Virus record (IMG/VR): IMGVR_UViG_3300049828_000245
Span: 1 to 31,719 of that record
Length of the DNA stretch: 31,719 nucleotides
Reading direction: 5' to 3' (one strand)
From: a virus
Lineage: Duplodnaviria; Caudoviricetes
The translations under genes and the position numbers were made by a program. A model generated the notes under the pieces. That model worked only from the letters and a program-made list of their open reading frames with translations. It did not search any database and was not told the origin of the DNA. Below, in pieces: positions 6,993 to 13,671 of the stretch; within the stretch, counting starts at the first letter, position 1; each line of letters begins with the position of its first letter.

Positions 6993-7237
6993 AATGGGTG
7001 GACTAATGGGTGGATCAGCCTCCCGAGTAGTCCACTCCACGCCGTGTGATTCACGTGAAATGCTAGGCGTTGCAACAGGTTTCGCGAGTGGGTCGCCGGG
7101 GGCTCGAACCCCGAACCTACGGATTAAAAGGCAGTGTCAGACCCCCATGGCAGGGTCCAAAGTTGAGCATTCCCAACGCTTGCGCACGCTCCGGCACGCT
7201 GGGGCGCGCTGTCAAAGGGTGGAGTAATGGGTGGACT
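6993..7237. repeat. Integrase arm-type binding repeats flanking the attP core
   Basis: AATGGGTGGACT 6993-7004, AATGGGTGGATC 7005-7016, AAAGGGTGGAGT 7214-7225, AATGGGTGGACT 7226-7237, plus an inverted partial copy tagtccac at 7028-7035. Confidence 0.8.
7088..7130 (-). other. attP common core: 3' half of tRNA-Lys(UUU)
   Basis: Minus strand CTTTTAA (anticodon loop)-TCCGT-AGGTT-CGGGG-TTCGAGC-CCCCG-GCGACCCAC. No D-arm or 5' half is present. Adjacent to a tyrosine integrase. Confidence 0.88.
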
Positions 7238-7252
7238 AGCACGGAGGCGACC

Positions 7253-8473
7253 ATGGGCAGGATGACGTACGGCGACGGCTCCCTCTTCGAGCGCAAGGGC
7301 CGCAATCTGTGGGTCGCCCGCCTCGAGCTCGGCTGGGACGAGCGGGGCAAGCGGCGGCGCTGGGAGGCGACCAGCCGCACGAAGGCCGGCGCCCTGGCCA
7401 AGCTGCGGCAGGCCCGGCACGACATCTCCACCCTCGGCACAGTCCCGGACAAGGGCACCACGCTCGAGGTGTGGCTCCCCCGCTGGCTGGAGGAGATCGC
7501 GAAGCCCACCCTCAAGCCGCGCACCTACGCCGACTACAAGTCGACGATCGGCAACCACCTGATCCCGCGGCTCGGGAAGGTGCCGCTGTCCAAGCTGACG
7601 CCCGGGCATGTGCGGCACATGCACCGCGAGATCCAGGCCGGCACGTCGCTCGGGACGGCGAACAAGGCCCACCGGGTGCTGCGCGCGTCCCTGTCGGACG
7701 CCGAGCGGGAGGGCCTCGTGCCCCGGAATGTGGCGAAGCTCGTACAGACGCCGGCGGCGAAGGGCAGTAGGAAGGCGCTGACGGCCGACCAGGCGCGGCT
7801 GGTGGTGTCGGCGACCACGGCCGATCCGATGCACTCCCGCTGGCTGGCGGCCCTGCTGACCGGCGCACGGCAGGGCGAGCTGCTCGGACTGCAGTGGGAC
7901 CGCGTCGACCTCGACGCCGGGACACTGGACCTCGCCTGGCAGCTGCAGGCGCTCGCCTACCGGCACGGCTGCAGCACCGGGGAGCCGACGTGCGGACGCA
8001 AGCGCGCCGGGTCCTGCCCGAAGCGGCAGCTCGACGTCACCGACGGGTTCGAGTACCAGGTGCTGCGCGGGCAGATGTGCCTGACGCGGCCGAAGTCGGC
8101 CGCTGGCCGCCGGGTCGTGCCCATCCCGGCACTGCTCGTCGACGCCCTCGCGAAGCACCGGCGCGCCTCGATCGCCTCGCCGAAGCCGTTCGGGCTGGTG
8201 TGGGCGGACGCGGCCGGGCACCCGCTCGGGCCGGACGTCGACCTGGGCGGCTGGTACGCGGCCCTCGAGGTCGCCGGCGTCGCGAAGGTGCCGCTGCACT
8301 CCGCCCGCCACACGACCGCGACGCTGCTCATGGAGCTCGGAGTCGACGTGACCGTGATCCAGGCGATCATGGGCCACTCGGATGCCACGACGACGCAGCT
8401 GTACCAGCATGCGGATCTGACGATGGCGCGCCGGGCGATCGACGGTCTCGGCCAGGCCTTGGCTAGGCGATGA
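7253..8473 (+). CDS. int: Tyrosine integrase
   Basis: TGARQGE (R), RPKS (K), HSARH (HxxR), MGHS (H), TQLY (Y); GGAGG RBS before ATG 7253. Confidence 0.95.
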   Translation: MGRMTYGDGSLFERKGRNLWVARLELGWDERGKRRRWEATSRTKAGALAKLRQARHDISTLGTVPDKGTTLEVWLPRWLEEIAKPTLKPRTYADYKSTIGNHLIPRLGKVPLSKLTPGHVRHMHREIQAGTSLGTANKAHRVLRASLSDAEREGLVPRNVAKLVQTPAAKGSRKALTADQARLVVSATTADPMHSRWLAALLTGARQGELLGLQWDRVDLDAGTLDLAWQLQALAYRHGCSTGEPTCGRKRAGSCPKRQLDVTDGFEYQVLRGQMCLTRPKSAAGRRVVPIPALLVDALAKHRRASIASPKPFGLVWADAAGHPLGPDVDLGGWYAALEVAGVAKVPLHSARHTTATLLMELGVDVTVIQAIMGHSDATTTQLYQHADLTMARRAIDGLGQALARR

Positions 8474-8708
8474 TGCCGCGCACTGAGCGGGCGGCGAGCC
8501 GGTCGGCCCGGATCCGCTGCAGCCGCTTGACCGTCGTCGGGGCGTACGCGAGCGCCTCCGGGCGGTCGATGAGGTCGTTGACCTTGCGCCAGTACGTCGT
8601 TGCGGACAGTCCGAGCTCCGTGGTGAGCGCCTCGGCCTGCGCGCCGGGGAACCGGTACCAGCGCGCGGCGAAGTCGAGCAGCGCCTTGTCGGAGTCGGTC
8701 AGAGACAT
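8463..8708 (-). CDS. DUF3263-like protein
   Basis: LTDSDKALLDFAARWYRFPGAQAEAL...LGLSATTYWRKVNDLIDRPEALAYAPTTVKRLQRIR fits the recalled actinobacterial DUF3263 pattern. Confidence 0.8.
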   Translation of the reverse strand: MSLTDSDKALLDFAARWYRFPGAQAEALTTELGLSATTYWRKVNDLIDRPEALAYAPTTVKRLQRIRADRLAARSVRGIIA

Positions 8709-8714
8709 GACCTC

Positions 8715-8760
8715 ATGATGCCGCGACCGGCTGACATCCGTCATCCGGCCGGCGTACCGT
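8715..8760. promoter_or_regulatory. Overlapping divergent promoters for the lipoprotein (+) and DUF3263 (-) genes
   Basis: Plus strand CTGACA(8731)-N18-TACCGT(8755). Minus strand ATGACG-N18-CATCAT-N6-ATG. Confidence 0.5.
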
Positions 8761-8779
8761 CACCCATGAAGGGGGAGAC

Positions 8780-9274
8780 ATGAAGGTAGTTCTGAGCATC
8801 GCCACGGCCCTGCTGTTGGCTGGATGCGGAGGTAGTTCGACCGCAGAGTCACCGGTCACCGAGGTGCCAAGCCAGCCGGCGGTTGCGGCTCCTAGCGCGC
8901 CTGCCGTCTCCAGTGCTGCCGCTGCACCGGAGATAGATCCCACGTGCGAGATTGTTGCCCGTGTTCGAGCCGAGCTGCCCGACCTCGAGGTTGGTCCCTT
9001 GGACGATGAGATGGCGAGCAAGTACCGGGGCGTCGTGACCGCTTTGCAGCTCGCGCTGCCTGACCTCACGGCCGAGGCAGCGGGACTGCCAGACTCACTA
9101 CTGACTGAGAAGTACCGGCTCGCCTTGTCATTCATGAAGCAGCAGACGGCGCTGTACCTGTCGCAACTGGAGGACTGGAGTATCAGTGATGGGGATGGGA
9201 GCCGGCAGCTGAAGGAATTCGGCGCAGGCATCACCGGCCAGTTCGACGAAGTGATCGCCAAGTGCGGTGAGTAG
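8780..9274 (+). CDS. Lipoprotein (moron-like; possible superinfection exclusion)
   Basis: Signal peptide with lipobox LAG-C, Ser/Pro/Ala linker, helical domain with two Cys; GGGGAG RBS; codon usage visibly less GC3-biased than neighbours. Confidence 0.8.
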   Translation: MKVVLSIATALLLAGCGGSSTAESPVTEVPSQPAVAAPSAPAVSSAAAAPEIDPTCEIVARVRAELPDLEVGPLDDEMASKYRGVVTALQLALPDLTAEAAGLPDSLLTEKYRLALSFMKQQTALYLSQLEDWSISDGDGSRQLKEFGAGITGQFDEVIAKCGE

Positions 9275-9291
9275 ACCCTGACACGACGAAG

Positions 9292-9323
9292 CGCCCCCTC
9301 CCACCCGAAGGTGAGAGGGGGCG
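9292..9323 (-). terminator. Hairpin terminator at the end of the late operon (possibly bidirectional)
   Basis: Minus strand CGCCCCCTCTCACC-TTCG-GGTGGGAGGGGGCG, 14-bp stem with one G.U and a C(UUCG)G loop; lies between convergent genes. Confidence 0.78.
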
Positions 9324-9386
9324 TTCGCGGTGTCGGCCGCTCATGTCCGACAGCCATCCGCGCTTCCCAACGCGGAGCCTGGTCGG

Positions 9387-9527
9387 CTACGGGCTCGCGG
9401 GGCGGCCGTTGGCGCCGTCGAGCCAGCCGCGGGCGTACCCGTCGCGCTCCGCAGCGACCAGGTCGGCGCAGATGACGCAGTCGTCCTCGGGCAGCGGGTC
9501 GAGCGGGCAGCGGGGGTGGTGGGGCAC
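9387..9527 (-). CDS. Small His/Cys protein (46 aa)
   Basis: Manual translation MPHHPRCPLDPLPEDDCVICADLVAAERDGYARGWLDGANGRPASP; GTG overlaps the lysin stop (TAGTG); strongly GC3-biased; not in the ORF track. Confidence 0.62.
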   Translation of the reverse strand: MPHHPRCPLDPLPEDDCVICADLVAAERDGYARGWLDGANGRPASP

Positions 9528-10042
9528 TAGCGACGCACGGCTCGCCGCTGCAGCCAGGACCAGCGCACACGTGGCTTGGGTCGATAGTCCTGGCGGTCGT
9601 CGCCGTTGCTGGCGAGGCCGTTGCGTCCCGCGTCGAACGAGACGAGCTGCGCAAGGGCGCCGGGCGCCGGCAGAAGCCGCACGTCCTTCGTCCGGTCGGA
9701 CGGTGGGAACGCAACGGCGTGCACATGAGGGTCAAAGCCGTCGGCCTTGGTGCGGTACCAGGCCGCAAAGCCGACGTCGCGCAGCGCCTTGGCGACGGCG
9801 TAGCGCGTCTCCTCGTCCCACAGTCCGACGCGTAGGTCGACTGTCGCGGCACGGGAATGCGTGCCGGCCGACATACTGCCGTCGCTCCATCCGCCCTGAC
9901 TCGGAGAGAACGTGAGCAGCGGCCGGTTGAGGCGGGCGCGCACCATCTTCTCTGCCTTGTTCAGCGCGGACGCCGTGCGCCGGTCCAGCCACACGCCGCG
10001 CCAGGCGACCCGGTCGGTGGCGCGAGGAATCAGCGCCATCAC
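9527..10042 (-). CDS. Endolysin, Zn peptidase (M15/LAS-like), catalytic domain only
   Basis: SQGGW...SAGTH-x6-D...PHVH Zn-ligand pattern; adjacent to the holin. Confidence 0.8.
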   Translation of the reverse strand: MMALIPRATDRVAWRGVWLDRRTASALNKAEKMVRARLNRPLLTFSPSQGGWSDGSMSAGTHSRAATVDLRVGLWDEETRYAVAKALRDVGFAAWYRTKADGFDPHVHAVAFPPSDRTKDVRLLPAPGALAQLVSFDAGRNGLASNGDDRQDYRPKPRVRWSWLQRRAVRR

Positions 10043-10260
10043 TCATCGACCTTCCCGTACCGGGTGTCAGCGGGGTTGAGCCAGTTGACGATGACGGGCA
10101 CCGCAGCTCCGAGGCCTGCGATGACCCACGTCTGCCAGTTGGCGAAGTCGATGGATCCGGTGCGGGCGAAGTCGGCAACGGCGAACGCCAGGACGATGGC
10201 GACGAACACCTTCGCCGCTGAGGCGAGCGGGGATGTGGCGAGCCAGGTGAGCATGGTCAT
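10039..10260 (-). CDS. Holin
   Basis: 73 aa, two hydrophobic segments, WLNPADTRYG C-terminus; directly upstream of the lysin. Confidence 0.75.
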   Translation of the reverse strand: MTMLTWLATSPLASAAKVFVAIVLAFAVADFARTGSIDFANWQTWVIAGLGAAVPVIVNWLNPADTRYGKVDE

Positions 10261-10604
10261 TCTCCCTTGTCGAGGTGCCAGTCGATGTGCTTGTCAAGAC
10301 GGTCGGCGATGTGCCCCTGCCGTTCGATGACGACGTCGAGCTTGTCCCCGAGATCGCGCAGGGTCGCCCCGCCATTGCGGTAGTCCGGCTGGATCTGCAT
10401 GGTGGCCTCGGTGACGGCGGCCTTGATCCGGCGCTCCATGTCGGCGCGCTCCCGCGTCCGTACCTCGGCGACCCGCTTGGCGTTCCACTTCTGGACGCCT
10501 GCGAGGGCGCCGGCGACCGCGAGGACGATGCCGACAAGGGTGGCGACGTCGGTCACGTCCAAGCCGTTGTTGTTCGGGTCGAGGAACGCGGCCAGGATGT
10601 GCAT
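10257..10604 (-). CDS. Lysis-cassette membrane protein (1 TM plus coiled coil)
   Basis: TM segment VATLVGIVLAVAGALAGV; NGGATLRD...RLDKHIDWH pattern resembling actinophage lysis-associated membrane proteins. Confidence 0.7.
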   Translation of the reverse strand: MHILAAFLDPNNNGLDVTDVATLVGIVLAVAGALAGVQKWNAKRVAEVRTRERADMERRIKAAVTEATMQIQPDYRNGGATLRDLGDKLDVVIERQGHIADRLDKHIDWHLDKGE

Positions 10605-10631
10605 GAACAGCCTCTCGTCAGGCGTGACGGA

Positions 10632-11516
10632 CTACTGGTGTCGTTCGATCCAGCGGCTGCCAGGGGAGCCGGGAGTCAGGGGGATGCCGAGCAGCGAGGT
10701 GTCCGAGTGGGATCCGTAGGCGTACCAGTAGACGCGAGCCACTCCGAGCTCGAGGGCCTGCCGGTCGACAGCGTTCATCCATGTCGGTACGCGGCGCACG
10801 GGGATGGGGCCGGAGCCGTGGTTGGCGTTGGTCTCGGTGACCCACATGGGGAGGCGCGGCGCCTTGAGCTCCCGCAGCAGCCACTTCCACTCGCGCACGG
10901 TGTTGCCCCACGCGGTCGCTGTCGTGCCTGCCGGGGGGTAGATGTGGGCGGCCCAGATGTCGATGGGCCAGCCCTGCTTGCGCAGCTCTCTGAGGTAGCC
11001 GCTGCCCCCGTCGCCGAGGTCGGGGAGGATCGGCGCGGCCACGACCTTGGCGCGCGGGTCGACGCGGGCGATGATCCGCTGCGCCCTGGTGGTCATCTCG
11101 CCGAGAGCGGCGAGGTCGCCGTCCCAGAACCACGTGAGCTGCGGCTCGTTCCACACCTGCCACGACCCGATGCGCCCGGCGTACCGGGTCACCATCGCCG
11201 TGACGAAGGCATCCCAGTGGGCGAGGTCGGTGGGTGCGGAGTTGCAGCCGGGGTTCAGCCACGGCGCGTGGTTCACGCTGGACGGGTTCGATGCGAGCCA
11301 CGTCGGCGTGATGCCGAACGTGTAGGTGACGTTGTGGACGCCAGCCGCTCGGGCCTGCTCGAGGATCCGGTCGAGCCGGGTGAAGTCGAAGGTGCCAGGG
11401 GCAACGTGGATGTCGCGCCAGTAGGTGAAGTTGTCCCACATCCGCAGGTGGCTGAAGCCGAACGTGGGCCACTCGGTGTCGGGGTACAGGACGTTGAGGC
11501 CGTGGATGGGCGGCAT
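10632..11516 (-). CDS. Glycoside hydrolase, clan GH-A (GH39/GH5-like TIM barrel)
   Basis: LRMWD, FDFTRLD, WQVWNEP (acid/base Glu), AHIYP, MWVTET (nucleophile Glu), VYWY. Confidence 0.85.
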   Translation of the reverse strand: MPPIHGLNVLYPDTEWPTFGFSHLRMWDNFTYWRDIHVAPGTFDFTRLDRILEQARAAGVHNVTYTFGITPTWLASNPSSVNHAPWLNPGCNSAPTDLAHWDAFVTAMVTRYAGRIGSWQVWNEPQLTWFWDGDLAALGEMTTRAQRIIARVDPRAKVVAAPILPDLGDGGSGYLRELRKQGWPIDIWAAHIYPPAGTTATAWGNTVREWKWLLRELKAPRLPMWVTETNANHGSGPIPVRRVPTWMNAVDRQALELGVARVYWYAYGSHSDTSLLGIPLTPGSPGSRWIERHQ

Positions 11517-11523
11517 CGGAGTG

Positions 11524-12150
11524 CTAGGCCGCAGCCTCGTAGATGAAAGTCGCCTTAAGCTCATCCGTCGACACCCAGGTGAACGGAACAGCCGACGTGA
11601 CGCCGATGACACTGACGTACGTGCCTCCCGCGGCCCAGGCCTGGAAGATGACGAACGAGCCGTCCGGGGAGAACTCGACGAAACCGGGGTAGGTGATCGC
11701 CGAGCTCTGGTCGATCGACATGATCCAGCCCTGCGGGCGGGAGCCCGTGCTCTTCGTGAGCGGAGTGACCGGCGGGTCGACTGCCAGTGTCTTGGTGCCG
11801 AAGGTTGTGGTGCTGCCCATCGTGATGGTGACTTCGACGACCACGGTTCGGCCAATGCGCTGGTAGCGACCGGTCACGGTGCCGTTGCCGAGAACCCAGT
11901 CGGTGCCCGAGTAGGCGTTCTTGATCGTGGGGGTGTACGTCTCCCAAGCCCCGACGTGGAAGCCAACCTCCCAGGCGGTGCCGTTGTACACGCGCACGAG
12001 GTCCGTGTCGGTTTCATAGATGGCCATGCCCTCGGACGGGGTCCCTGGGCGGGTCGCGGACGTGCAGACGATGAGGGACTGTCGCATCAGGTACGTGTTG
12101 ACGTCCGAGGAGGTGAGGACGTCGCCGGCCGCGAAGGTCTTGAAGGACAT
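11524..12150 (-). CDS. Minor tail / tail fibre protein
   Basis: KTFAAGDVLTSSDVNTYL N-terminus, RPGTPSEGMAIYETDT..VYNGTAW, GRYQRIGRTV receptor-binding-like head. Confidence 0.78.
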   Translation of the reverse strand: MSFKTFAAGDVLTSSDVNTYLMRQSLIVCTSATRPGTPSEGMAIYETDTDLVRVYNGTAWEVGFHVGAWETYTPTIKNAYSGTDWVLGNGTVTGRYQRIGRTVVVEVTITMGSTTTFGTKTLAVDPPVTPLTKSTGSRPQGWIMSIDQSSAITYPGFVEFSPDGSFVIFQAWAAGGTYVSVIGVTSAVPFTWVSTDELKATFIYEAAA

Positions 12151-12151
12151 G

Positions 12152-12352
12152 TCACAGCTCCACGGGGTCGGGGATTACGGTTCCGTCGGGGTCGATCACG
12201 CCATTGGGCAGGCGGCTGTCCTCCCAGCGGTACTCATCAGGCTCCTGGTCCCTGTCGACACAACGACCCCCGGCGTAGGCAGCGGGGGCGCCGAGGGTCA
12301 CGGCTCCCACGGCGAGGTGCTGGTGATTGACCGTGCTGCGCAGGATTCCCAT
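12152..12352 (-). CDS. Small hypothetical tail-region protein
   Basis: 66 aa; TAATG overlap with the upstream gene; fills the gap between two tail genes. Confidence 0.65.
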   Translation of the reverse strand: MGILRSTVNHQHLAVGAVTLGAPAAYAGGRCVDRDQEPDEYRWEDSRLPNGVIDPDGTVIPDPVEL

Positions 12353-13671
12353 TAGGACAACCTCGCCTGGTAGTACGTGGTGATGCTGGAGACTTCCGCG
12401 GCGCTCAGGGCACGCCGGAACACGGCCGCGCCGATGAACTCCATGTCCGTGTAGCGTCCCGGCGTCGCATCCGAACTGGCGCCGACGCGCATCGGGTAGG
12501 CGTTGACGAGGCTGCCGACGCCGCTGATCGACACGGGAGTCCCCGGTGTTCCGTTGCGGTACGGGGTCAGCGTCTGCGCGACACGGTTGACGACGGCAAC
12601 ATGGATGGCCAGGGCTCCGCTCGCGGGGTCAGATGCCTGCGCGGCGGCAGTGTTGATGCTCGCGTCCGTCACCAGCGGTCGCACTGTGCGGTCCGTCAGG
12701 TAGTGGGCGAATGACCACCCGTTGTAGGGCGATGTGTCGAAGTACATCTTCGACAGCAGGCCGGAGGTGTTGTTGGCGGTGACCCACTCCCGCACGACCA
12801 TGACGTAGCTGAAACTGTCGGTTGCAGCGAAGTCGAGCAGGGCGTTGTCGGCGACCTGGATGTAGTCGTCGGTGCCGAACAGCAGGACGGGGGCCACCAC
12901 GCAGACGGTCTTGCGCCCGGACGTGCCCCGAGCGATGGTGATGCTCTGCCCGGTGGTGGTCGTGAACGACGTGGCTGTGCCGACAGTGATGAGCGACGTA
13001 TCTACGTCGAGGACAGTGCTGCCCCCGATCCCGTTCAGTACCAGCCCGCGGTAGAACTTCCCGGTTGCCGGCGACCCGCCGCTGGCGGAGCCTGCTCCGA
13101 CGACCAGCTGGGCGCTGCCGCTGAAGATGGAGGTGGCGGGCGTGGAGGTGACCGTGGTCCCAGCTGGGGACCACGATGATCCGTCGTTCGAGGTGTAGAA
13201 CTTCACGTCGTAGCCGGACGCGCCATTGTTGACGTCCAGGGTGGCCCGAATCCACTTCGCCGACCCGTCCGTCACACCAGTGGCCACGCTGCTGGTCGCG
13301 GACTTCTGCGTGGAGCCGTCCGTGGTCCAATACAGGGTGAGCTTGCCGTCGGTGAGCACGTCGAGCCGGTAGGACTGGTTGCCGGCCGCTCCAGACCACT
13401 TGCTGATCAGCCCCATCTGAGCCGCCGGGGTCCAGTCGTCCAGCGCGCAGTGGACCCGCAGGTCGATGTCGCTGGTGATGTCCAGTGCGGCGGCGTCGGC
13501 AGCGTACAGCCAGTCGATCGCGGTGCCCGGGAGGTAGACGTAGTTGCCGGCGTTGTCGCCTGGCCAGTCGAGGAACTTGGGGTCGTTGGAGTCGCTGCCG
13601 CTGGTGCTGCCGGACTGCCCGTTGAGGTCAGCTCCGCCGGTGCCCAGGTTGGTGATCGTCTGCCCGGCCAT
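12352..13671 (-). CDS. Minor tail protein with LamG/concanavalin-A-like domains
   Basis: Two beta-sandwich-like segments (ALDITSDIDLRV...; FGTDDYIQVADNALLDF...VFRRALSAAEV). Confidence 0.78.
   Translation of the reverse strand: MAGQTITNLGTGGADLNGQSGSTSGSDSNDPKFLDWPGDNAGNYVYLPGTAIDWLYAADAAALDITSDIDLRVHCALDDWTPAAQMGLISKWSGAAGNQSYRLDVLTDGKLTLYWTTDGSTQKSATSSVATGVTDGSAKWIRATLDVNNGASGYDVKFYTSNDGSSWSPAGTTVTSTPATSIFSGSAQLVVGAGSASGGSPATGKFYRGLVLNGIGGSTVLDVDTSLITVGTATSFTTTTGQSITIARGTSGRKTVCVVAPVLLFGTDDYIQVADNALLDFAATDSFSYVMVVREWVTANNTSGLLSKMYFDTSPYNGWSFAHYLTDRTVRPLVTDASINTAAAQASDPASGALAIHVAVVNRVAQTLTPYRNGTPGTPVSISGVGSLVNAYPMRVGASSDATPGRYTDMEFIGAAVFRRALSAAEVSSITTYYQARLS

Noticed and set aside
7088-7130. 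Functional phage-encoded tRNA-Lys
   Set aside because: Only the anticodon loop to acceptor 3' strand is present; there is no 5' half or D-arm. It is better explained as the attP core.
6171-7130. Integration-dependent immunity (attP inside the repressor gene)
   Set aside because: attP lies downstream of immA, outside the repressor ORF.
7070-7252. N-terminal extension of the integrase reading through attP (track ORF from TTG 7070)
   Set aside because: The extension crosses the tRNA core and arm repeats and is not protein-like; ATG 7253 has a GGAGG RBS.
9387-9529. Stop-codon readthrough extending the endolysin
   Set aside because: The downstream coding-like sequence is in a different frame and has its own GTG overlapping the TAG.
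10250-10260. Lambda-S-type dual-start holin/antiholin (Met-Thr-Met)
   Set aside because: There is no charged residue between the starts, and the same ATG-ACC-ATG arrangement occurs at the SSB-like gene, consistent with ATGA overlap plus SD spacing.
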